64,000 nucleotides of DNA. Origin: Candidatus Aenigmatarchaeota archaeon (GTDB taxonomy: Archaea; Aenigmatarchaeota; Aenigmatarchaeia; PWEA01). Shown here in pieces: positions 56,554 to 64,000 of the stretch. Both the position numbers and the translations under genes were made by a program. Under the pieces are notes generated by a model that had not been told where the DNA came from, searched no databases, and saw only the letters and a list, made by a program, of their open reading frames with translations. Each line of letters starts with the position of its first letter. The stretch's first letter is position 1. The DNA is taken from assembly GCA_003553905.1 (NCBI GenBank), contig PWEA01000005.1, positions 7,915 to 71,914 of the forward strand, written 5' to 3'.

Positions 56554-57816
56554 ATGAACTTCATAGACAAAGAATACGAACCAAAAGAAGACGATCTTAT
56601 CTGTCTTTTTAGAATAGAACCATCAAAGAACTACACGATCAAAGAAGCAGCAGCCAATGTCGCCAAGGAATCCAGTGTAGGAACATGGACACACATCGGA
56701 ACAGTCAATGAAAGAGCAAAGAGGATAAAGGCGAGGGTATATGATATAGATGATCCCTACGTAAAAATAGCCTATCCGAAGGAACTCTTCGAACTCAGCA
56801 GCATACCACAACTGCTGTCTTCGGTTGGAGGAAACATATTTGGAATGAAACTACTCGATAGTCTACGGCTAGAAGACATAAGATTTCCGAAGAAAATGTT
56901 AGAAAAGTTCCATGGACCACAGGTAGGTATAGACGGAATAAGAAACCTCTTTTCTGTATATGATAGACCAATGCTCGGAACTATAGTCAAACCCAAGCTC
57001 GGATTGGGCCCAAAAGAACATGCCAAGGTTGCTTACAAGGCATGGAAGGGTGGTCTTGATATAGTAAAGGATGATGAAAATCTTACCTCGATGAGCTTCA
57101 ACGGTTTCAAAAAAAGGGTAGACGAAACAATGAAACTCAAGGAAAGGGCCGAAAAGGAAACAGGCGAAAAGAAAGAATATATGGGAAACATAACGGCGCC
57201 TGTATCAGAAATGAAGAAGAGAGCAGACTACCTCATAGGAAAGGGCAGCAACTACGTTATGATAGACATAATAACAATAGGTTGGAGTGCACTACAGGAG
57301 ATGCGTGAATACCTCGTAGGAAAGAATGTAGTCATACACTGTCACAGAGCAGGTCATGCCGCATTCACCAGAAGCAAAAAACATGGTATCAGCATGCTTA
57401 CGGTGGCTAAACTAACAAGACTCATAGGTGGTGACCAACTACATATAGGGACAGCTGGTATCGGTAAGATGGAAGGAGACCAAAAAAAGGTCCTGAAAAT
57501 AGAGGAAGCTATAGAATCAATGGACGTATCCGAAGAAGGCCGCAGGTTGGATCAGAACTGGGGTAATATAGACAAAACATTTGCCGTTGCATCCGGTGGT
57601 CTTCATCCAGGAGGACTTCCTGGCTTAGTGGATAAAATGGGCAAGGATATAATAGCCCAGTTTGGCGGAGGATGCCATGGACACCCCGATGGTACAGAAG
57701 CCGGAGCCAGAGCCATAAGACAAGCCTGTAGAGCTGTTATGAATGGAAGAAGTCTAGAAGAAGCATCGATGGAAAACAAAGAACTGAAAAAAGCGCTAGA
57801 CAAGTGGGAAAAATGA
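56554..57816 (+). CDS. rbcL: Form III ribulose-1,5-bisphosphate carboxylase
   Basis: ESSVGTW, GN.FGMK, KPKLGL, GLD.VKDDE, HRAGH, GKMEG, SGG, GGG..GHP. Confidence 0.96.
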   Translation: MNFIDKEYEPKEDDLICLFRIEPSKNYTIKEAAANVAKESSVGTWTHIGTVNERAKRIKARVYDIDDPYVKIAYPKELFELSSIPQLLSSVGGNIFGMKLLDSLRLEDIRFPKKMLEKFHGPQVGIDGIRNLFSVYDRPMLGTIVKPKLGLGPKEHAKVAYKAWKGGLDIVKDDENLTSMSFNGFKKRVDETMKLKERAEKETGEKKEYMGNITAPVSEMKKRADYLIGKGSNYVMIDIITIGWSALQEMREYLVGKNVVIHCHRAGHAAFTRSKKHGISMLTVAKLTRLIGGDQLHIGTAGIGKMEGDQKKVLKIEEAIESMDVSEEGRRLDQNWGNIDKTFAVASGGLHPGGLPGLVDKMGKDIIAQFGGGCHGHPDGTEAGARAIRQACRAVMNGRSLEEASMENKELKKALDKWEK

Positions 57817-58070
57817 TAAATATAGGATGGCTAGGAGCTATTTTACTGCTAGCAGCATGGCTACCCGAAACCATAACCACAATGAAAACAGAAAGCCTAG
57901 AAGCACTGGACCCAAAATTCATTTTCTTTAGTCTGCTTGGATCCATGTCACTTGCACTACATTCCTACAGGATAGGAGATCTTGCTTTTCTATTTATGAA
58001 TACGATCTTGTCGATTGTGGTAGCCATTGAGCTGGTTGTTTATTTTTATAAATCAAAGTCCACCGTTTAG
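57813..58070 (+). CDS. PQ-loop / SemiSWEET-like 3-TM transporter
   Basis: IGW.G..LL..AW.PE....KT, three TMs, D..F...N; ATGA overlap with the RuBisCO stop. Confidence 0.75.
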   Translation: MINIGWLGAILLLAAWLPETITTMKTESLEALDPKFIFFSLLGSMSLALHSYRIGDLAFLFMNTILSIVVAIELVVYFYKSKSTV

Positions 58071-58080
58071 TTGTGTTAAA

Positions 58081-59556
58081 ATGGAAGCAAAGGTAAAGAC
58101 TCTGGATATAAGGGCAGGAAAGCCTGTGGTAATTCTCAACAACAGGGAAGCCATAGAACGTTCTATATTCCTTGGCGACAGAATATGTATAAAGCACGAG
58201 GACACAGAAGTCATGGCCATAGTTGATACCTCAAACGAGGTCCCGGAAGGTCATATAGTACTGTTCGATGAAACAAACGAAGAACTCGGGGCCGAGGAAG
58301 GAAAAACCGTCATCGTAAACAGCATACCAAAACCTGATTCTATAGACTATATCAAGAAAAAGGTAGAAGGTAAGGATCTATCATATGATGAAACCCATGA
58401 AATAGTAAAGGATGCAGTAGACTTCCGTTTAACTGATTCCGAACTGATGGCATATACTGTAGCTATAGATATGTCCGACTTCTCACTTGATGAAGCAAGG
58501 GATCTTACAAAGGCGATGGTAGATACCGGTGAAGAGATAGATATAAAAAATGCATTGGACAAACACTGCATAGGCGGTGTCCCAGGAAACAGAACAACAC
58601 CGATAATAGTTTCTATAATCGCAGCAGCTGGTTATAAGATACCGAAAACCTCGTCAAGAGCGATAACCTCACCGGCAGGAACCGCAGACACAATGGAAGT
58701 CATCACAGACGTAGAACATTCTTTGAAGGAGATCGAAGATATAGTTGACAAAACCAACGGATGCTTCTCGTGGGGCGGAGCACTAAATCTCGCACCGGCC
58801 GACGATGAATTCATAAGAGTCAGGGATTCCCTCAATCTGGATCCACTGGAGCAGCTCCTTTCATCTGTTCTGGCAAAGAAAAAGGCTGTTGGGGCCGAAA
58901 CTGTGCTTATAGATATACCCATGGGAGACGGATCAAAGATAAAAAATTCCAAAGAAGCAAGTAAGCTATCTGAATATTTCGAAAAGCTGGGGAGTGAACT
59001 GGGAATGGATGTTTTCACTCTTGTATCAGATGGCTCCAATCCGATCGGAAATGGGATAGGCCCGGCGCTCGAGGCAAGGGACGTTTTAAAAATACTGAAA
59101 TCCGGGGGTAAAGAAGGACCTAAGGATCTAACAGAAAAATCTATTAAGATGGCCGACCTTCTACTTGAAGAAGTTGGTTCAGATAAAAGTGCAGAAAGGA
59201 TACTAACAAGTGGAAAAGCTTACAACAAGTTCAAAGATATAGTCGAGGCCCAGGGAGGTGGAGTTATGGACCCTGATGAAGTAGAACTTGCCGAAAATCA
59301 TCAGATAGTTCGATCTCAGAAAAGAGGGCGTGTAAAGGATCTGGACAATAAAATAGTGAGTAAAATAACAAAGGCAACGGGCTGTTCTAAGGACAAAAAA
59401 TCAGGACTATACCTACATAAGAAAAAAGATGATCCCGTTGAAAAGGGTGAAAAAATTATGACAGTCTATTCTGAAAGTCCTGATAAACTTAAAAAAGCAC
59501 TGGAAATTGCGGAAGAAAATAAGGTCTTTACATTCAAATCACTTCTTTCAGAATAA
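58081..59556 (+). CDS. AMP phosphorylase (thymidine phosphorylase family)
   Basis: DKHCIGGVPGNRTT, PKTSSRAITSPAGTAD, LAPADD, GIGPALEA; start at ATG 58081. Confidence 0.93.
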   Translation: MEAKVKTLDIRAGKPVVILNNREAIERSIFLGDRICIKHEDTEVMAIVDTSNEVPEGHIVLFDETNEELGAEEGKTVIVNSIPKPDSIDYIKKKVEGKDLSYDETHEIVKDAVDFRLTDSELMAYTVAIDMSDFSLDEARDLTKAMVDTGEEIDIKNALDKHCIGGVPGNRTTPIIVSIIAAAGYKIPKTSSRAITSPAGTADTMEVITDVEHSLKEIEDIVDKTNGCFSWGGALNLAPADDEFIRVRDSLNLDPLEQLLSSVLAKKKAVGAETVLIDIPMGDGSKIKNSKEASKLSEYFEKLGSELGMDVFTLVSDGSNPIGNGIGPALEARDVLKILKSGGKEGPKDLTEKSIKMADLLLEEVGSDKSAERILTSGKAYNKFKDIVEAQGGGVMDPDEVELAENHQIVRSQKRGRVKDLDNKIVSKITKATGCSKDKKSGLYLHKKKDDPVEKGEKIMTVYSESPDKLKKALEIAEENKVFTFKSLLSE

Positions 59557-59603
59557 AAAAAGAAAAGAAAGAATAGGGCTTGTTTTTGAAACATTACCTG
59601 TTT

Positions 59604-59885
59604 TTACTTCTTCATCAGGATGTCTATCGAGCTAACGTTGATTTCATCTCCTTCGTCTGTTTCAATTTCTTCGGTTCCTGTCTCGATGCTTTCTATAACA
59701 GCGTCTTCTTCGAACCTGTTCCTTGTTATCTCTGCAACATCAACTGCCCTTGAGATTGCTTTGCCTCTTGCCTTGATGTGAACCTCATCCATTCCATCGT
59801 TGAACTGAGTAACACATGCAAGAACATAGCTCATCGGTGGCTTGTTTCCAACGAAAATCACATTGTCGTCTGCTTCTTCTGCCAT
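59604..59885 (-). CDS. albA: DNA/RNA-binding protein Alba
   Basis: [28 protein letters not shown]; GGAGGTGA RBS. Confidence 0.96.
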   Translation of the reverse strand: MAEEADDNVIFVGNKPPMSYVLACVTQFNDGMDEVHIKARGKAISRAVDVAEITRNRFEEDAVIESIETGTEEIETDEGDEINVSSIDILMKK

Positions 59886-60016
59886 TAGATTCACCTCCGT
59901 TTATTCTGTTGTTTTGGTCTTTGAATTTCTAGTACTTTTGAACACTAGATCTCACTCTGTCCATTTGATTAACCTGTAAAAGTATTTAAAAGTTTGCAGA
60001 AGGTGAAAACAAAAAA

Positions 60017-60343
60017 TCAGCATGCAGGACATTCACTTGGCCTGGGAACATATTCCGAACAGACGCGTTCTCTGCCCCCTATATCTACACAAACGTCGCC
60101 TTCCATATCACCACATTCGCTCATACCACTGAGCTCGGGATCCCAGCTGTCTTCACCACAGTGTCTATAGGTTACGACGGGGCTGCAGCATGAGTTTATA
60201 ACTGTTCTATCCTCCACGGGACCTGTGTCGAATCCACCGGTAAAGAAGGCTATAACGGCTAAAAGAACTATAACGGCTACAGCAAGGATTACAAGCATGT
60301 TGATAGGAAGAGATATTCCTTTATCCGTTGTCATGTTTAACAC
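60017..60343 (-). CDS. Type IV pilin-like protein (8 Cys), family D-1
   Basis: DKG|ISLPINMLVILAVAVIVLLA; CC..C..C..C..C..CPAC. Confidence 0.85.
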   Translation of the reverse strand: MLNMTTDKGISLPINMLVILAVAVIVLLAVIAFFTGGFDTGPVEDRTVINSCCSPVVTYRHCGEDSWDPELSGMSECGDMEGDVCVDIGGRERVCSEYVPRPSECPAC

Positions 60344-60709
60344 TACCTATAGTTTATCTGAACTACTTAAAAACTTGTTGTCGAGAAACGCTGATCTCTA
60401 ACAGGCAGGGCAGTTTTGTGGACCGCCAGGAATAACATTACTACAGTCGTGCCATTCGCCACCGACCTGTACACATACCTCGGCAGTGGAAACAGGTGAA
60501 TCATCGGGAGCATCACAATCAAGGGCTGTTAGTTCCTCTGTCCAACTGGTTTCTGCACAGTGACCAAAGGTTGCAACAGGACTACAACATCTATTTATGA
60601 CCGTCTGTTCATCTACAGCACCTGTCTCGAAGCCTCCCATAAAGAAAGCGACTATGGCTAAAAGAACTATAACGGCTACAGCAAGGATTACAAGCATGTT
60701 GATAGGAAG
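60257..60709. repeat. 54-bp exact direct repeat (60257-60310 and 60656-60709) encoding the pilin N-terminal helix
   Basis: ggctaaaagaactataacggctacagcaaggattacaagcatgttgataggaag occurs twice. Confidence 0.9.
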
Positions 60710-60733
60710 GGTAACACCTTTTTTTGCAGCCAT
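60398..60733 (-). CDS. Type IV pilin-like protein (8 Cys), family D-2
   Basis: KKG|VTLPINMLVILAVAVIVLLA; same Cys pattern as 60017. Confidence 0.85.
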   Translation of the reverse strand: MAAKKGVTLPINMLVILAVAVIVLLAIVAFFMGGFETGAVDEQTVINRCCSPVATFGHCAETSWTEELTALDCDAPDDSPVSTAEVCVQVGGEWHDCSNVIPGGPQNCPAC

Positions 60734-60817
60734 ACAATCACTAACTTAAATGTATCAACTCCTTTATTTAAAAGTTTCCCTCTGTATCATGGGCAACTAG
60801 GTATAAAGGGCTGGTTT

Positions 60818-60830
60818 TGAAAGTTAAATA
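60818..60830 (+). promoter_or_regulatory. Putative BRE/TATA promoter of the unidentified RNA
   Basis: GAAAGTTAAATA about 23 nt before the structured GC-rich block. Confidence 0.55.
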
Positions 60831-60852
60831 CCTTGAAAATAATAATATATCT

Positions 60853-61037
60853 GTGGCGGGAGGTCAGGGGTCTAGCCTGTCTTAGTAAGGCGTGGAGCGT
60901 GCGTTCCATAAAGTCCTTGAGACTGGAGGGGCGTATGTGAGACGAACTGTAAAACACACGGGAGAAATTCGCGAATCGCGCCGTTTGGACAAGGCAACGG
61001 CAAGGAAGGTAGCCATGACCCTAATAACTTCCCCCAC
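60853..61037 (+). ncRNA. Unidentified structured non-coding RNA (~185 nt)
   Basis: GC-rich island in AT-rich flanks; 5'/3' terminal pairing GTGG-GGGAGGT/ACTTCCC-CCAC, nested helices GGGGTC/GACCCT and TCCTTG/CAAGGA, several hairpins; TATA upstream and TTTT downstream. Confidence 0.65.
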
Positions 61038-61089
61038 GTTTTACCCAACCGAAATATTTTTAAGTATGACAACGAGAGAGTGAAAGGCA

Positions 61090-61647
61090 ATGATAAAGGA
61101 TAAAGTCGATGAACCCCTCGTGAGAGAAGTAATGTCTGAGGATTTGAACTATGCCGACCCACAGGAATCCATATGCGACATAGCCAAAAGACTGAAAAGT
61201 GGCGACAGGGGTTCAGTTATAATAAAAAAAGATGATGAGATAAAGGGATTAATCACTAACTCAGATATAGTCAACAAGTTTGTCGTCGATGATAAGGGAA
61301 GCAAAGCAAAGGACATAATGACAACAGATATGGTCACAATCTCCCCTGAGATGGATATAGAGGATGCAGCAATGGTTATGGTGGAGGAGGGAATAGAAAG
61401 ACTTGTTGTTATGGAAGGAGGAGACATCATAGGTATAATCTCACAACATGACATAATGAAAGTAAGGCCAAACCTCTATCTAGGTATAAGCCAGGGAATC
61501 AAACTTGGTCCCGAAAGTATGGATATGGACTTCGGTGATAGAGAAATAGGGAAGTGCGAATCTTGTGAAAACTACTCTGAATCTCTCAATGAGGTCAACG
61601 GAAACCTTCTCTGCCCCGAATGTCAGGAAGAAATGAACTTTGCCTAA
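61090..61647 (+). CDS. CBS-pair protein with C-terminal zinc ribbon
   Basis: V.EVM..., G.IT..DI, IERL.V, GIIS..DI; CESC...LCPEC. Confidence 0.9.
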   Translation: MIKDKVDEPLVREVMSEDLNYADPQESICDIAKRLKSGDRGSVIIKKDDEIKGLITNSDIVNKFVVDDKGSKAKDIMTTDMVTISPEMDIEDAAMVMVEEGIERLVVMEGGDIIGIISQHDIMKVRPNLYLGISQGIKLGPESMDMDFGDREIGKCESCENYSESLNEVNGNLLCPECQEEMNFA

Positions 61648-62024
61648 GAATTCAGTTTCTTAACTTCTCCGTGAACAAGAACAAGGCCGATAAATGTAGA
61701 AAGTACTCCTACAAAGAAGTTCAGTCCCATTGGCATCAATACGATCAAGGGGACACCCATCAGAAAGAAAGCAAGGCCGAAAGCAAGCTTGCCCTTGTTG
61801 AATCCAAGTTCCTGGTCCATCAGCATATCCTTAAACTCATCGGAATCCCTTTCCTCCAAAAACTCCTTCGCGTCATCTAGTCTATCTCCATCTATATTCA
61901 AAAACAGCCTTCCTTTGTATCCACATTCAGGACAGCTGTATCCGCGCTCCATCCCCAACAAAGCTAAAAAATTAGCTCTATCTGTTTCTATCTTCTCCGA
62001 ACCACAACTGGGACATATTCTCAT
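61644..62024 (-). CDS. Zinc-ribbon membrane protein
   Basis: CPSCGS...Y.CPECGY.G followed by 2 TMs. Confidence 0.75.
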   Translation of the reverse strand: MRICPSCGSEKIETDRANFLALLGMERGYSCPECGYKGRLFLNIDGDRLDDAKEFLEERDSDEFKDMLMDQELGFNKGKLAFGLAFFLMGVPLIVLMPMGLNFFVGVLSTFIGLVLVHGEVKKLNS

Positions 62025-62096
62025 GTCTATATCTTATCTATCAAGAACTTTAATCTTTCCCGTAAACATTTAAAGAGAAAAGTAAATTATCACAAC

Positions 62097-62756
62097 ATGC
62101 TCAAGGAAAAAATCGACCGTTTCTACCGAAAACAGGAAAAAAATAGACGTAGAGACTACTTTTATGCTTCCGAAGTAACCGACTGCAAGAGAAAAATATA
62201 CTTAAAGATGAAAGGAGCCGACAAAGAAGATCTTGATCCGCAGACAAGACGAAAGTTTGAAAGAGGAGATATGATACACCAAAGGCTTGTGTCTGCTCTC
62301 TATTCAGCAGGGGTAGTTACAGCATCGGAGGTTAGAATGCCGGATCAGTCCATGTTCCATGGACGAGCAGACGCAATCGTTTCGATAAACAACGAAAACT
62401 ATATAGTTGAAATCAAATCGGCAAGTCCGTATAGTTTCAAAAATCTAAGCGAACCCAAAGAATCGTGGAAAAAACAGCTCCAGATCTATCTAAACCATTT
62501 TGGTATAGACAAGGGGATAATACTCGTAGAATGCAAAGGAACACAGAAGCTTAAGGAGTTCAGTATAGAAAAAGACGAAGGAGTTTTGGAAGAGCTTCAG
62601 GAAGAGTTCGAAAAGCTCCTGGATATGATAAAAAAAGATGTAATACCCAAAAAGCCTGACAAGGGCGACTGGAAGTTCGATAAGTGTAGATACTGCCTTT
62701 ATAAGGAAGCATGTGAAGAATCCAGCAATAATTTAACAGGCTTCACAGGTGAGTAG
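62097..62756 (+). CDS. Solo Cas4-like PD-(D/E)XK nuclease with Fe-S cysteines
   Basis: ASE...C.R, G..IH, GRAD, VEIKS, QLQ.Y, C.YC.Y...C; no CRISPR array in the window. Confidence 0.85.
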   Translation: MLKEKIDRFYRKQEKNRRRDYFYASEVTDCKRKIYLKMKGADKEDLDPQTRRKFERGDMIHQRLVSALYSAGVVTASEVRMPDQSMFHGRADAIVSINNENYIVEIKSASPYSFKNLSEPKESWKKQLQIYLNHFGIDKGIILVECKGTQKLKEFSIEKDEGVLEELQEEFEKLLDMIKKDVIPKKPDKGDWKFDKCRYCLYKEACEESSNNLTGFTGE

Positions 62757-63189
62757 GATACCACAAAACGTTTTGGCAAGCGGTAAGTTTGACTTGATCC
62801 ATCCTGGCCACCTATTCTACCTTAAGAAATCCAAGGAACTGGCAAGCAACGGAAACCTAAACGTAGTGATAACCAACGAAAAAAACATAAGAAACTGTCT
62901 TTTCTCGAATATCGAAAGGAAAGAAATGATAGAAAACCTTGGTATTGCTGACTATGTTGTTGTTGGCGAAAGGAAAATCAACTACAACAAAATATTAAAG
63001 AGATTCGAACCTGATATAATATCCCTTGGACACGATCAAGAACCAAACGGTCTCCAAGAAGCTCTCGAGAATTATAAAGGTAAAATAAAAATCAAGAGAA
63101 TCAGATCACTGAAACCCGAAAAGTACTCCTCAAGCAGATATAAAAAAATCTTCAAGAACCGAGATCCTAATCTTCAAGGCCGCTTATAA
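62749..63189 (+). CDS. FAD synthetase-like cytidylyltransferase
   Basis: G.FDLIHPGH, PDII.LG.DQ, YSSS. Confidence 0.8.
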   Translation: MSRIPQNVLASGKFDLIHPGHLFYLKKSKELASNGNLNVVITNEKNIRNCLFSNIERKEMIENLGIADYVVVGERKINYNKILKRFEPDIISLGHDQEPNGLQEALENYKGKIKIKRIRSLKPEKYSSSRYKKIFKNRDPNLQGRL

Positions 63190-63985
63190 AGCTGTGGATA
63201 TTCTTACCCAGATGATCGGCTCCGTATCCACCTTCTAAAACACAAAAAGTAGGTAAACCAAGTTCGGATAGTTTCTTCCCTACTCTCCTATAAGATTCTG
63301 TGGTAAGCTGTATTTGAGAAGCCAGGGGGTCTTCTTTATGTGTATCAAAGCCCGCAGAAACCGCCAATAGATCAAACTCTCCACTGGAGTTCAACATGCT
63401 TCCAAGAACTTCAAGATACTCATCATCCTCTACAGTACGTGTAAAGCGGTGATTGCGACAGTTTTGTTTTGATAGTTTACCTGTACCCGGGTACCCGACA
63501 CTGTGTAGAGAAACGTACTCTACATCATCCCTCCCAAAAAATATATTCTGTGTACCGTTTCCATGATGTCTGTCTATATCAACTATAAGGACTTTTTTAT
63601 CTGATCTCTCAACGGCTACAGCTATATTATTAAAATAACAGAATCCACCAACCGAATCATGTGTAGCGTGGTGACCAGGTGGTCTCATCAACGAAAAGCC
63701 GTTGATTTCTGCAGCCTTTAGGGCGCCACCGACAGAAAGACAGGCGTATTCGTAAATTTTATCATATCTTGGACAGTCTGAAATATGAAAATTATTGTTT
63801 TTAACCTTCTCGATAAAATCTCTGCTGTGCACTGTAAGTAGATCCTCTTCAGTACATTTTCCAGGGTCGGTGAATTCGTACCCTTTATTCTTCAAAAAGT
63901 CAGCAGCCTTCTCTACCCGTCTGGGCGATTCTGGATGGCCTATTCTACCGAAACGTAGACATTTGGGAGTATATACTATCTTCAA
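63167..63985 (-). CDS. Histone deacetylase family protein
   Basis: HPESP.R, RPPGHHA, GFCYFNN, DID.HHGNGTQ, SAGFD, LEGGY. Confidence 0.94.
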   Translation of the reverse strand: MKIVYTPKCLRFGRIGHPESPRRVEKAADFLKNKGYEFTDPGKCTEEDLLTVHSRDFIEKVKNNNFHISDCPRYDKIYEYACLSVGGALKAAEINGFSLMRPPGHHATHDSVGGFCYFNNIAVAVERSDKKVLIVDIDRHHGNGTQNIFFGRDDVEYVSLHSVGYPGTGKLSKQNCRNHRFTRTVEDDEYLEVLGSMLNSSGEFDLLAVSAGFDTHKEDPLASQIQLTTESYRRVGKKLSELGLPTFCVLEGGYGADHLGKNIHSFISGLED

Positions 63986-64000
63986 CTCACACCAACTCCT

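Noticed and set aside
481-59039. Many long antisense ORFs in the track (e.g. 481-1038, 10226-11002, 18501-19217, 47338-47856)
   Set aside because: Ser/Phe/Leu-rich shadow frames opposite well-supported genes
60853-61037. Identification of the block as RNase P RNA, SRP RNA, intron-containing tRNA-Tyr (CGAA-CTGTAA...ATTCG) or cobalamin riboswitch
   Set aside because: Only short partial matches: no CR-V/P4 pairing, no SRP helix-8 motif, no TTCRA T-arm, and the riboswitch elements are in the wrong order
60872-61162. ORFs 60892-61083 (+) and 60872-61162 (-) over the GC-rich block
   Set aside because: Atypical composition and no RBS; the extensive base-pairing and promoter/terminator placement fit an RNA gene better
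62097-62756. CRISPR-Cas system
   Set aside because: No repeat-spacer array or other cas genes seen in the window

Overview
Gene-dense archaeal chromosome segment. Archaeal markers include RpoL, RPL10e, aIF5A, histone, Alba, Dph2/Dph5, FEN1 and a form III RuBisCO AMP-salvage cluster. Compact spacing, acidic proteins and the KG|ISLPIN-type pilins suggest a DPANN lineage, possibly Aenigmarchaeota-like; this placement is an inference. Most of the window is housekeeping. The standout is a ~19 kb type IV pilus-like locus (29.5-48.3 kb). It has four tandem paralogous multi-TM proteins, two divergent coiled-coil genes, a large secretion ATPase, a large TadC/ArlJ-like platform protein and 18 consecutive membrane-anchored or pilin-like ORFs. 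Fourteen of those ORFs carry K/R-G class III signal peptides, four are micro-ORFs absent from the ORF track, and several fall into three disulfide-rich paralog families. Other highlights: a pair of pilins sharing a 54-bp identical N-terminal block, an unidentified ~185-nt structured RNA with its own promoter (60853-61037), a tRNA-Gly(CCC) with two non-canonical introns, a catalytically degenerate PEP-synthase paralog, a tandem-domain ThyX and a PQ-loop transporter inside the RuBisCO operon. I saw no CRISPR array, rRNA, transposase or integrase. All calls come from motif recognition by eye; no database searches were run.
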